Source of the DNA: an uncultured Staphylococcaceae bacterium
Lineage (GTDB): Bacteria > Bacillota_I > Bacilli_A > RFN20 > CAG-826
NCBI GenBank assembly: GCA_964433025.1
Contig: CAYSPV010000006.1
Span: 16,533 to 48,795 of the forward strand
DNA: 32,263 bases
Direction of reading: 5' to 3'
Positions 1 to 9,422 of this stretch are shown piece after piece; within the stretch, counting starts at the first letter, position 1; the number at the start of each line of letters is the position of its first letter. Below the pieces are notes generated by a model. The model had not been told where the DNA came from. It was given only the letters and a program-made list of their open reading frames with translations, and did no database searches. The position numbers and the translations under genes were made by a program.

Positions 1-1326
1 ACTACAATCGTAGATGGCACGATTAATATGGTTGTAGAAAAAGAATTTAAAGATTCTACAACTTCTAAGATTTTAAAAATGGTTATTGATTCAGGAGAAC
101 ATAAATCTAAAGCTGAAAACTTTGTAGCTAAATTTGCTAAATACTATACTCCTATTGTCTTTGCTTTAGCGCTTATCATCGCATTTATCGTTCCTTTAAT
201 TACAGGTGGTATAACTGGTGATTATAGTTGGGATAATAACTGGTATAGATATATTTATATCGGTCTAACATTCTTAGTTATATCTTGTCCTTGTGCGGTA
301 GTTATATCAGTCCCACTTGCCTATTTTATAGGTGTAGCACTCGCGTCTAAACGCGGCATTATGATTAAAGGTAGTAATTATTTAGATCGTTTAAATGATG
401 TTAAGACCTTTGTAATGGATAAAACAGGTACTTTAACTACTGGTAAATTCTCTATTCAAGAAAAGAAAGTTATAGATATAGATGAATCTTTATTTGATGA
501 ATATGTATATGCATTAGAATCTAGATCAAACCATCCTATCGCTCATGCGATTATTCAACAAATAAACTATCAAGCTAAGATAGATAATATTGAAGATTAT
601 CATGAATTATCTGGTTATGGTTTAAGTGGTACTTATAAAGGTCATAAAATCAGTATTGGAAATGAAAAATTATTGGCAAAAAATAAAATAAACTTTGCAA
701 AAGTTGAAGATTATCGAAATATTTTATATGTTTCTGTGGATAAAAAATGTGTGGGTTATCTTATCGTAGATGATACGGTTAAAGATAATTCTAATGCCTT
801 TATTGATTATTTAAATAAACGTAAAATTGAAACTCTTATGCTTACTGGAGGCAATACTGAAAGTGCTTCTGCGATAAGTAGCAAATTAGGTATTAATAGA
901 TATGAAGCTAATCTATTACCTGAAGATAAAATCAACTATTTAAAACAAGAAATTGAAAAGACTAATAAGAAATATGCGGTTAGTTATGTTGGCGATGGTA
1001 TAAATGACGCACCTAGTATTATTTTAAGTGATGTTGGTTTTGCTATGGGAGGATTAGGAAGCGATGCTTCTGTAGATAACGCAGATATTGTTTTAATGAA
1101 TGATGATCCTATTAAGATTGTAGAGGCTATGGTTATAGCTAAGATGACTAGAAGACAAGCAATATTTAATATTGCCTTTGCTCTTATTGTTAAATTAATC
1201 ATCATGATTTTAGCGCTTAACGACCTATTAGGTATTTGGGTCGCTGTGATTGCGGATACTGGATTATCACTACTACTTATTCTTGTTTCTATAACCTTAT
1301 TAAAACGTAAAGTTAAAGTAAAATAA
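1..1326 (+). CDS. Heavy-metal translocating P1B-type ATPase (CadA/ZntA-like), 5'-truncated by the window edge
   Basis: Frame is open from base 1. Motifs: SCPC in a TM helix, DKTGTLT phosphorylation site, SNHPIA, GDGINDAP, IVKL/ADTG in the last helices (Zn/Cd-type P1B-2). Confidence 0.93.
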   Translation, partial: TTIVDGTINMVVEKEFKDSTTSKILKMVIDSGEHKSKAENFVAKFAKYYTPIVFALALIIAFIVPLITGGITGDYSWDNNWYRYIYIGLTFLVISCPCAVVISVPLAYFIGVALASKRGIMIKGSNYLDRLNDVKTFVMDKTGTLTTGKFSIQEKKVIDIDESLFDEYVYALESRSNHPIAHAIIQQINYQAKIDNIEDYHELSGYGLSGTYKGHKISIGNEKLLAKNKINFAKVEDYRNILYVSVDKKCVGYLIVDDTVKDNSNAFIDYLNKRKIETLMLTGGNTESASAISSKLGINRYEANLLPEDKINYLKQEIEKTNKKYAVSYVGDGINDAPSIILSDVGFAMGGLGSDASVDNADIVLMNDDPIKIVEAMVIAKMTRRQAIFNIAFALIVKLIIMILALNDLLGIWVAVIADTGLSLLLILVSITLLKRKVKVK

Positions 1327-1999
1327 TTATTCCTATTAGTTGTAATATACTGCCTAATAAAACGAAGATGTGGAAGACACTGTGCATCCACTTCTTCTTT
1401 TTACCCACTACGTAAAATAGCACTCCTAATGTATATGCAATTCCTCCAAGTAAAACATATATCATTACTTGAAAATCTAATAATAATATTGCAGGATAAC
1501 AAAACGCGACTAGCCAACCCATCGCTATATATAATACTATTGTGATGATTTTAATAAATTTATTATTCATGTTAATAAAGTTTAATGTTGAGCCTAGGAT
1601 TAATAATGCTACTTCGATAATGATCATTGTTAATCCAATATTAGGATTATCATTAAACCCTAAAGCGCATATAGGCGCATATGTGCCTGCAATTAATACA
1701 TATATTGTATTATGGTCTAATATTCTAAATATTCTTTTCCAAGGGGAATTATTGTTTAAATAATGATATATTGTGGAAACACTATAAAGAAACACTAATG
1801 ATAAAGAATAAGCAATTAATGAAATTGTTTTAAGGACACTATAATTGTTTATGGTTGATAAAGAGATAAATATTACAAGTAATATAAAACCTATAACCGC
1901 TCCTATTAGATGGCTAATCCAATTAAAAGTTTCTTCTTGTTTGCTATAAGATGGTATTGGTTGAATAATTAATTTTGCTTTTAATTGATTAATAGACAT
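1313..1999 (-). CDS. Hemolysin III / PAQR family membrane protein (TrhA-like)
   Basis: EExxNxxSH, STIYH, RILDH, IAGTY, HSVFHIFV motifs; about 7 hydrophobic helices; GGAGG SD upstream. Confidence 0.92.
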   Translation of the reverse strand: MSINQLKAKLIIQPIPSYSKQEETFNWISHLIGAVIGFILLVIFISLSTINNYSVLKTISLIAYSLSLVFLYSVSTIYHYLNNNSPWKRIFRILDHNTIYVLIAGTYAPICALGFNDNPNIGLTMIIIEVALLILGSTLNFINMNNKFIKIITIVLYIAMGWLVAFCYPAILLLDFQVMIYVLLGGIAYTLGVLFYVVGKKKKWMHSVFHIFVLLGSILQLIGIIILL

Positions 2000-2228
2000 A
2001 CTAATTCCTCCTATGTGGAGTAATTTTAAGAAAAAATAAATAAAAAATTTACCTACTCTTTAATTAATTTTTTGAACTTATTTAAAACTAATTTTAGAGT
2101 AAAGAAATTAGGTCCACTAAAAGTAGAATGGCTATTTATAAGTTATGGTATTACCAAAGGTAATAAAAAGTAGAGAGGTATTATTTTAATGAATTTTTAA
2201 GATTTTAATAATAAACTAATTTATAGTT

Positions 2229-3251
2229 ATGAAACTATTATTATATTTTGAAGCAGAAGCTAATATTAAAAAATCTGGTATTGGTAGAGCCCTTAAACAT
2301 CAAATAAAAGCCTTAGAAAGTGTTAATGTTGAATATACATTATCTAGTAAAGATAGTTTTGATATTGCTCATATTAATACTTACTGGCCTAATTCTAAAA
2401 GACTATTAAAAAAACTTAAAAGAAAACATATTCCTGTTATTGTTCATGGTCATTCCACGATTGAAGATTTTAAAAATTCTTTTGCTTGTTGGAAGTTAAT
2501 GTCTTTATGGTTTAATCCTAACTTAATGTATTTTTATAAAAATGCAGATTTTATAATTACTCCCACTCAATATTCAAAAGATTTAATAGATTCTTATAAT
2601 CTAAATACACCAGTAATACATGTATCTAATGGAATTGATGTAAATGAATATGTTTATAATGAAAACAATGTAAAAGCTTTTAAAGAATATTTTAATTTAA
2701 AAGATGATGATAAGGTTGTTATAGGTGTTGGTTTTCCTTTTCAAAGAAAAGGAATTATCGACTTCTTTGAAATAGCTAGACAAAGACCAGATGTTAAATT
2801 TATTTGGTTTGGATATTTACAAAAAATATTAACTTCTAATATTGTTAAAACCGCTATTAGGCATAAACCTAATAATGTTATTATGCCTGGTTATATTGAT
2901 AATTCAATTATTAAAGGAGCGTATCATTTTGCTAAATGTTTATTATTTCCTTCTTATGAAGAAACAGAAGGAATCGTGGTATTAGAAGCTTTAGCCTCTT
3001 CTTGTCCTGTTTTAATAAGAGACATAGGAGTGTATAAAGATTGGTTAGAGGATAATATTAATTGTTATAAAGCCTCTAATAATGATGAATTTTTATCAAA
3101 ATTAGACTTAATATTATCTACTGATAATAAAAAGATCATTAATAATGGTTTAAAAATCGCTAAAGAAAAAGATTTAACAAAAATAGGTATTCAATTAAAA
3201 GAAGCTTATGAATATGTTATAAAAAGTTATTCAAAGAATAAAAAAGATTGA
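2229..3251 (+). CDS. GT4 glycosyltransferase, probably a glycolipid (glycosyldiacylglycerol) synthase of CpoA type
   Basis: SGIGRA N-terminus, HGHST.EDF, SNGID, RKG, FPSYEETEGIVVLEALA (EX7E) signature. Confidence 0.88.
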   Translation: MKLLLYFEAEANIKKSGIGRALKHQIKALESVNVEYTLSSKDSFDIAHINTYWPNSKRLLKKLKRKHIPVIVHGHSTIEDFKNSFACWKLMSLWFNPNLMYFYKNADFIITPTQYSKDLIDSYNLNTPVIHVSNGIDVNEYVYNENNVKAFKEYFNLKDDDKVVIGVGFPFQRKGIIDFFEIARQRPDVKFIWFGYLQKILTSNIVKTAIRHKPNNVIMPGYIDNSIIKGAYHFAKCLLFPSYEETEGIVVLEALASSCPVLIRDIGVYKDWLEDNINCYKASNNDEFLSKLDLILSTDNKKIINNGLKIAKEKDLTKIGIQLKEAYEYVIKSYSKNKKD

Positions 3252-3283
3252 TTTATAAATATTTTAATGTAATATTTATCATT

Positions 3284-3322
3284 GCGACTTACTTTGGTAA
3301 AGCAAATCCAAGGCGGAAGGAG
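3284..3322 (+). ncRNA. Putative L31 (Firmicutes-type) ribosomal protein leader hairpin
   Basis: CTTTGG (3292-3297) pairs with CCAAGG (3308-3313, one G-U) and is followed by CGGAAGGAG (SD) directly upstream of rpmE. This resembles the Firmicutes L31 leader from memory. Confidence 0.55.
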
Positions 3323-3333
3323 TATTAAAGACT

Positions 3334-3552
3334 ATGAAAAAAGACATTCATCCAAATTATCAAAAATGCACTGTTACATGTGTATCCTGTGGCGCTACAT
3401 TTGAAACAGGATCTGTATTAAAAGAAATTCGTGTTGACACTTGTTCAAATTGTCATCCATTTTATACTGGTAAAAGACGTTTTGTACAAGCCGAAGGTAG
3501 AGTGGATAAATTTAATAAAAAATACGGTCTTAGCACTAACGAAGAGAAATAA
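3334..3552 (+). CDS. rpmE: 50S ribosomal protein L31 (zinc-binding type)
   Basis: [35 protein letters not shown]. Confidence 0.98.
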   Translation: MKKDIHPNYQKCTVTCVSCGATFETGSVLKEIRVDTCSNCHPFYTGKRRFVQAEGRVDKFNKKYGLSTNEEK

Positions 3553-3580
3553 AAAATATTTTTTTAAAAAAAGACTTATG

Positions 3581-3607
3581 ACTGTTTGTTTGACAAACAG
3601 TTTTTTT
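3581..3607 (+). terminator. Intrinsic terminator of rpmE
   Basis: ACTGTTTGT-ttg-ACAAACAGT stem followed by a T run. Confidence 0.85.
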
Positions 3608-3655
3608 ATTAAGTCCGTTTTAGGATTTGCTTCGTTTAAGATTTTTATTTACTCA

Positions 3656-3684
3656 TAGACATGTTTTTTATAAAATGATACCAT
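3656..3684 (+). promoter_or_regulatory. Putative sigma-A promoter of the radical SAM operon
   Basis: TAGACA (3656-3661), 17 bp spacer, TG-n-TACCAT (-10 at 3679-3684). Confidence 0.55.
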
Positions 3685-3747
3685 AAACAACATTCTTCGC
3701 TAAAAGTATCTACTGATACTAATTTCTAATAATGTTTGGAGTCAACT

Positions 3748-5109
3748 ATGATTAAATGTTACGAAATTGAAAACCGCAAAATTTATATTAACGAATTTAA
3801 TGGTCATTTTGCAGATGACTATCTTAAATTAAAAGATAATGAATATTTCCAAATTCTAGGTCCTAGTGAATATAGCCCTTTTTTATATAAGTGTATCAAC
3901 ATATGTATACAAATTAGTAATGCGTGCAATATGAATTGCTCGTATTGTTTTGGTAATAAAACATTTAATAATCGAATCAGTATAACAAATATAAAAAAAT
4001 ATTTAGATATGATTTTTGATTATTTTTTAGATGCTGAAAAATATTTCATCGACCTAAGTGGAAGTGGAGAGCCTTTACTACATAAAGACATCATAGCTTT
4101 TGTAAGTGAATACGCTAAAAATAAAAGCGACGAGATTAAAAAAGAAATAATAGTTAATCTAGTTACTAATGGATTGTTGTTAGATGAAAAAACCGCAAAG
4201 TTTTTACAAGATAATTATGTTTTATTTGGCGTAAGCATTGATGGCAATGAAAAGACACATGATAGTTTAAGAAAAGATATTAATAACAACACAACATTTA
4301 ATAGAGTTATATCAAATATTGATCAAATTGAACATAAAGATTATGTAGGATGTGCCTGCACTATAACTAATAAAACCTTTGATTTAGTGGACTCATTAAA
4401 ATTCTTTAAAACCAGATTTAAAACAATTAGTTATAAACCTGTAAGATCTAAACAATTTGGTATTAAAGGTGAAGCATTAAAACAATGGAAATTAGAATAT
4501 AACAAACTCTGCCAATGTTTGAAAACAGAACTACGACAAAATGATTTAACCACTATTAAATGCTTATTAAATGGCGATGATTATTTTGGAAAGTTTTTAT
4601 TAAGAACAATATTAAAACTTAAAGTATTAAATAGATGTGATGCAGGATTAGGAAGATTAAGTTTATCAAATGATGGAAACATTTATTGTTGCCCAGCACT
4701 AAGCAATTACGATGAGTATAAAATAGGTGATTTAGAATCTGGATTAAATAAATCTAAATTAGAAAATGTTTTTTATAAATTACTCAACAAAAATACGAAA
4801 TGTCAAAATTGCAGTTTTAGTTTTCAATGTGGCGGTGAGTGTTTGGTGGAATTATTAGAAAACAATGGCGAACCCTATCCTGATATGTGTGAATTTAACA
4901 AACATTTAATATTGCTTGCGATGGACTTATCATTATATATTGAGTCTTTACCAAATTTAGAAATTCATAAAGAAATATTTGAGTTTTGCGTAGAAAAACG
5001 AAAAAGATTTAGAAAAGATAACGAGCTAGAAAACTTTTTAAAACATAACCCTAGTTTAAGTTTTACAGAAGGCAAAAAAGCTTATGATAGTAAAGCTTTA
5101 AAATATTAA
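3748..5109 (+). CDS. Radical SAM/SPASM maturase, PapB/SCIFF (ranthipeptide)-like
   Basis: CNMNCSYC, SGEPLL, TNG, VSIDG...HD..R. SPASM cysteines: CDAG, GNIYCC, CQNC, CGGEC, MC. ATG 3748 with GGAG SD preferred over TTG 3736. Confidence 0.88.
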   Translation: MIKCYEIENRKIYINEFNGHFADDYLKLKDNEYFQILGPSEYSPFLYKCINICIQISNACNMNCSYCFGNKTFNNRISITNIKKYLDMIFDYFLDAEKYFIDLSGSGEPLLHKDIIAFVSEYAKNKSDEIKKEIIVNLVTNGLLLDEKTAKFLQDNYVLFGVSIDGNEKTHDSLRKDINNNTTFNRVISNIDQIEHKDYVGCACTITNKTFDLVDSLKFFKTRFKTISYKPVRSKQFGIKGEALKQWKLEYNKLCQCLKTELRQNDLTTIKCLLNGDDYFGKFLLRTILKLKVLNRCDAGLGRLSLSNDGNIYCCPALSNYDEYKIGDLESGLNKSKLENVFYKLLNKNTKCQNCSFSFQCGGECLVELLENNGEPYPDMCEFNKHLILLAMDLSLYIESLPNLEIHKEIFEFCVEKRKRFRKDNELENFLKHNPSLSFTEGKKAYDSKALKY

Positions 5110-5141
5110 ATTCTAATTTTAAAGAGAGGAGATATTTAAAA

Positions 5142-6473
5142 ATGAAAATTAGAAAAAAAGTATTCTTAATAAGCAATGTAGCAGCATTACTTATTTTGAA
5201 TAATGGTTCAACAAACTTTATGGGAAGGAGCGATATTTCAATTGGAGAACAAAGTATAAAAGCCAACGCTTTAATTGTCCATGAAACTGGGTCATTAAAC
5301 GTTAATCAACAATCATCTTTTAATGCGATAAATACAATTATTAAAAATAAGATTATTGATTACACCGTTTATAAGGATTATAGCGTTTACAGAAACGAAA
5401 TTTTAAAAGATTTTGATGGAAACTCATTTGTTCTTGTAGAGTTTTTACCAATAGGATACGGCATATATAATATAGCCAATGGTGATATTGTCGAAGTATC
5501 AAGTTCGTCATTTAGCCCTTATTATAATGTTGAAGGGGATTTATATTATGTTCCTAGTGTTGGTTATTATAAAAAAGTTAACGGTGAGTATGTCGATTTA
5601 ACAACAAATAACACTATCGGGGCAACTACTATTAACGCGTTATCCACTATTTCATCAGAATTACAGGATGAAGCTGTAAATTACATTAATACTGAAAATG
5701 TAGAAATGGTAAAAACAGGAACGTCTATTAGTTCATCATCGGATACAATAGGTATCAAAACAACATCTACTGTTACTATTAATGGTATTACATATCAAAG
5801 TGCGGATGTCGAAGTACCATATTCGTGGTATTTTAAATTAAATCATAGATCATATCCTGAAAACTGGTATGGTGATTGTGGATATGTTGCTCTTGCTTTA
5901 GTATTAGGGTACATGGAATTTTTTGTAAGCACTGGATATATTGATGAATACGCTCAACAAAATTATGTTGCCCCTTATTCGGGTGCTTATGGAACAGGAG
6001 TTCCTCAGATTTATAATGCATTTTTAACTCACGCATTTGGAAGCAATAGAGGAGATTCTACTCCTAAAATTATTAGAGATGCCTTTACATCATATATGGA
6101 AAACTTTAATTTAGATAAAGAATATAGCACTTATATGTATTATAATGTATTCTCTACGGTTACCGATCCTGTAAAAGATGGTGTTCCAGCGATGTATTTT
6201 GGTAACTATTCTGATACATGGGATGATGTTAGCGATCATGTCACAGTCGTATATGGCTATGATAATGATGGTATGTTATTGGTTCATAGAGGACATTATG
6301 ATTTTCCAGGAGATAATAAGAATTATACTAATTTAAAAATATCTCCCCTTTCATTGATTAGATTAGGTGGTGTCTTAGCAATTTATAACAAAAGTTCACA
6401 CGTCCATAATAATTACTTTCACACAGCAGGAACCATTAAAAGATGTGGATGTGGTGTTTTAGTTGAATGTTAG
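5142..6473 (+). CDS. Exported papain-fold cysteine peptidase-like protein (C10/C39-like) with probable pro-region
   Basis: Basic plus hydrophobic N-terminus. GDCGYVALA (catalytic Cys), DHVTVVYGY (catalytic His), LVHRG. C-terminal HxH...CGC mini-motif. GAGGAG SD. Confidence 0.65.
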   Translation: MKIRKKVFLISNVAALLILNNGSTNFMGRSDISIGEQSIKANALIVHETGSLNVNQQSSFNAINTIIKNKIIDYTVYKDYSVYRNEILKDFDGNSFVLVEFLPIGYGIYNIANGDIVEVSSSSFSPYYNVEGDLYYVPSVGYYKKVNGEYVDLTTNNTIGATTINALSTISSELQDEAVNYINTENVEMVKTGTSISSSSDTIGIKTTSTVTINGITYQSADVEVPYSWYFKLNHRSYPENWYGDCGYVALALVLGYMEFFVSTGYIDEYAQQNYVAPYSGAYGTGVPQIYNAFLTHAFGSNRGDSTPKIIRDAFTSYMENFNLDKEYSTYMYYNVFSTVTDPVKDGVPAMYFGNYSDTWDDVSDHVTVVYGYDNDGMLLVHRGHYDFPGDNKNYTNLKISPLSLIRLGGVLAIYNKSSHVHNNYFHTAGTIKRCGCGVLVEC

Positions 6474-6481
6474 GAGGTTTT

Positions 6482-7156
6482 ATGAAAACAAAAACTTTAA
6501 AAATTATTACTGGTATATCGGCGTGTGGTCTGGCTTTGTGTACTGGTTTTGCAGTTGGATACGCTGCCCATCAATTTTCACAAATGAATTCCGTACCTAG
6601 TGTTCAGAAATGTATCTTTGTTGATGGAACATATTCGTTTCAATACGATTTATATAATAAACCAGACTATTTATCTTCTTTAGATGAAGATAGTACAGTT
6701 ACCTTATCTAGTTCTTTAACAAATTATGACTTCAGTATTTCTGACTGGGGCTACATAAGTTATACAGGATATGGTGTTTTTGATAATTTTGACGTGCCAA
6801 CATTAGAAATAGATCAAGACAGAGAATATGATTTAATCAGATCTGATCTTTATTATTACTACACCGTTAACAATGAATCTTATCGTTTAGAAGTAAGAGG
6901 TGTTGAACATTTATTAACTGATGGTAATGGTGAGAGATTTGGTTTTTATCTAACAGTTAAATTTACTTTTAATAAATATAACGAAGAAATAGATCGTTAT
7001 TCTCCTGAATATTATGTGGCTTTTGCTTCAGAATTATATGAATATTCAAAATTACATGAAGGCGAGCATTATTTAGATGAAAATTTAAGTGAACAAACGT
7101 ATCACATTATTGATTCTGACTATTATGATTATCGAGAAAGGAACAATTTATTATGA
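6482..7156 (+). CDS. Hypothetical exported or membrane-anchored acidic Tyr-rich protein
   Basis: AGGAGG SD overlaps the upstream stop; ATG at 6482. MKTKTLK plus hydrophobic stretch with a possible ISAC lipobox. Confidence 0.75.
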   Translation: MKTKTLKIITGISACGLALCTGFAVGYAAHQFSQMNSVPSVQKCIFVDGTYSFQYDLYNKPDYLSSLDEDSTVTLSSSLTNYDFSISDWGYISYTGYGVFDNFDVPTLEIDQDREYDLIRSDLYYYYTVNNESYRLEVRGVEHLLTDGNGERFGFYLTVKFTFNKYNEEIDRYSPEYYVAFASELYEYSKLHEGEHYLDENLSEQTYHIIDSDYYDYRERNNLL

Positions 7157-7275
7157 GTGAGAAAACAAAAAAATATTTATTTATAGGTGGAGCGATTGTC
7201 GTTTTACTTCTACTAGCGATCTTAGGATTCTTTATAGGTTATTTATTTAGTCTAGGCACAACATTTTATTATTAA
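7153..7275 (+). CDS. 40-aa single-pass membrane peptide MSEKTKKYLFIGGAIVVLLLLAILGFFIGYLFSLGTTFYY (not in ORF track)
   Basis: ATGA overlap with the upstream stop (translational coupling); basic N-terminus plus TM helix. Confidence 0.65.
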   Translation: MSEKTKKYLFIGGAIVVLLLLAILGFFIGYLFSLGTTFYY

Positions 7276-7286
7276 GGAGCAATTAT

Positions 7287-7415
7287 ATGGAAGAAAATAA
7301 GAAAAATAAAAAGTTCTATATAACCTGCTATGTGATTATAGGTTTATTCGTATTAATGTTATTTGTTAATATCGGTATGATTTCATATGACATTATTCGA
7401 ATTTTAACCCATTAA
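7287..7415 (+). CDS. 42-aa single-pass membrane peptide MEENKKNKKFYITCYVIIGLFVLMLFVNIGMISYDIIRILTH (not in ORF track)
   Basis: AAGGAG SD (7274-7279) 7 nt before ATG; basic N-terminus plus TM helix. Confidence 0.7.
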   Translation: MEENKKNKKFYITCYVIIGLFVLMLFVNIGMISYDIIRILTH

Positions 7416-7472
7416 ATAAAGTTTAAAAAATTAAATATTGTTATATAATATCTAGGCAGTGAGGTTTTTAAG

Positions 7473-9059
7473 ATGAAAAAAGCTTTTTATATTACCACTC
7501 CTATATATTATCCAAGCGCTAAATTACATATTGGTCATGCTTATTGCACCACTTTAGTGGACATTCTAGCTAGATATCATCGTTTAAGAGGTGATGATAC
7601 CTTCTTTTTAACTGGTAGCGATGAACATGGCATGAAAATAGAAAAAAATGCTTACGCTGCTAATAAAACACCACAAGAATTTGTAGATGAAATAGTCGTC
7701 TCCTTTAAACAACTTTGGAAAGCTTTAGATATTAGTAATGACGATTATATTCGTACTACAGAAGAAAGACACATTGAAACTGTGCAAAAAGTATTTTCTA
7801 AACTATTAGAAAATGATGATATTTATTTAGGTGAATATGAGGGTTGGTATTGTAAAGAATGTGAAGCTTTTTGGACTGATATTCAAGTAGGAGAAGAACA
7901 TCTATGTCCTGACTGTCATAGAGAAGTAAGTAAAGCTAAAGAAGAAGCTTACTTTTTTAAAACAAATAAATATTTAGATAGACTCTTAAAATATTATGAT
8001 GAAAACTTAACTTTTATCACTCCTGAATCTAGAAAAAACGAAATGATTAATACCTTTATTAAACCAGGGCTAGAAGATTTATGTGTTTCTAGAACTTCTT
8101 TTAGTTGGGGTATACCTATTAAAGAAAATCCAAAACACGTTATCTATGTTTGGTTAGATGCATTAGTAAACTATATATCTGCATTAGGATATTTATCTAA
8201 TGATGATAGTTTATTTAAAAAGTTTTGGTTAAATGATGATTGTCAAAAAGTTCACATCCTAGGAGCGGATATTACTAGATTCCATGCAATTTATTGGCCA
8301 ATGTTTTTAATGGCGTTAGATTTGCCTCTTCCTAATAGAGAATTTATTCATGGTCTATTAATGACAAAAGATGGAAAAATGTCAAAATCTAAAGGTAACA
8401 CGATTGATCCATATCCATTAATTAATCGTTATGGAGTGGACTGTGTTAGATATTATTTAGCTAGAGAAGTTAATTTTGGAAGCGATGGTCAATTTACTCC
8501 AGAACAATTTATTGAAAGAATTAATATGGATCTCGCTAATAATGTGGGTAATTTATTAAATAGAACCTTAACAATGATTAATAAATACTATGATGGTGTT
8601 ATTCCTGAATTTATCACTAATATTAATGAACCATTTGATTCTGATTTAGACGCTACAATTAAATCATCTATTTCATTATATGAAAGTGCTTTAGATGATC
8701 TTAGAGTAACTGATGCGATAAATGCTGCTACAAAAATCACTGCAAGGGCTAATAAATACATCGATGAGACAACTCCTTGGGTTTATGCTAAACAAGGCGA
8801 TAAAAAGCCTCTACAAGCCATTATGAGCCATTTAACATATGCTTTATATGTCACTGGTGTATTACTTTCAATCGTGTTAACAAGAAAATCAAGAGAGCTA
8901 TTAGACCAATTAGGTTATACAGGTGATATTGATTATTTCACTGTTAGAGATGAACATATTTTAGATAATGTTAAGATTAATAAATGTGATGCTTTATTCC
9001 CTAGATTTGATGAAGCTAAGGAAGTAGAAGAAATCGTTAATATGATGAACATTAAATAA
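7473..9059 (+). CDS. metG: Methionine--tRNA ligase, short form without C-terminal tRNA-binding domain
   Basis: YITTPIYY, LHIGH, TGSDEHG, CKEC/CPDC knuckle, KMSKSKGN. Confidence 0.97.
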   Translation: MKKAFYITTPIYYPSAKLHIGHAYCTTLVDILARYHRLRGDDTFFLTGSDEHGMKIEKNAYAANKTPQEFVDEIVVSFKQLWKALDISNDDYIRTTEERHIETVQKVFSKLLENDDIYLGEYEGWYCKECEAFWTDIQVGEEHLCPDCHREVSKAKEEAYFFKTNKYLDRLLKYYDENLTFITPESRKNEMINTFIKPGLEDLCVSRTSFSWGIPIKENPKHVIYVWLDALVNYISALGYLSNDDSLFKKFWLNDDCQKVHILGADITRFHAIYWPMFLMALDLPLPNREFIHGLLMTKDGKMSKSKGNTIDPYPLINRYGVDCVRYYLAREVNFGSDGQFTPEQFIERINMDLANNVGNLLNRTLTMINKYYDGVIPEFITNINEPFDSDLDATIKSSISLYESALDDLRVTDAINAATKITARANKYIDETTPWVYAKQGDKKPLQAIMSHLTYALYVTGVLLSIVLTRKSRELLDQLGYTGDIDYFTVRDEHILDNVKINKCDALFPRFDEAKEVEEIVNMMNIK

Positions 9060-9092
9060 AAAAATAATTAAGATTTGCAACGATTTTGATAT

Positions 9093-9123
9093 AAAAAAAA
9101 GACGGTTCATACCGTCTATTTTA
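9093..9123. terminator. Intrinsic terminator, probably bidirectional, between metG and the convergent gene
   Basis: A8-GACGGT-tcat-ACCGTC-TATTTT. Confidence 0.8.
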
Positions 9124-9387
9124 TTAGAATTTTTGTATCTTTCCTTTGTTTTTACCTTTAGAAGGTCTAACCACTACTGTTATGCCTTGATTTTCAGATA
9201 ATTGTTTAACATATTCAGCGGCTTCTGCTTTAGTAAAGAATAGTTTAATCGCACGATCTGAACCTCTACGTTTAACTTGCCACATTCTATCTTCACTACG
9301 TTTTTCTAATACATAAAGATTTTGTGATTTTTTACTTTCTTCAGTAGTAGTAGTTGTTTTAGTAGTAGTCGTTTTCTTTGTTGCCAT
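9124..9387 (-). CDS. DUF2188-like small basic protein
   Basis: WQVKRRGSDRAIKLFFTKAEA...GKIQK pattern; Thr/Lys-rich N-tail; GGAGG SD. Confidence 0.7.
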   Translation of the reverse strand: MATKKTTTTKTTTTTEESKKSQNLYVLEKRSEDRMWQVKRRGSDRAIKLFFTKAEAAEYVKQLSENQGITVVVRPSKGKNKGKIQKF

Positions 9388-9422
9388 TATAACGCCCTCC
9401 TGTTTATTTAATTATAAACTAT

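Noticed and set aside
1313-1326. Convergent 3' overlap of the ATPase and hemolysin-III genes (also abutting stops at 17418/17419)
   Set aside because: Common in compact genomes; no further signal.
3553-3747. Hidden RiPP precursor between rpmE and the radical SAM gene
   Set aside because: Plus-strand ATGs at 3661 and 3675 give only 3-5 codons. The ATG at 3578 (tail of the 3431-3658 frame) lacks an SD and runs through the rpmE terminator.
7416-7472. T-box or SAM riboswitch upstream of metG
   Set aside because: Only 57 bp, occupied by a -10 box and an SD; no room and no consensus.
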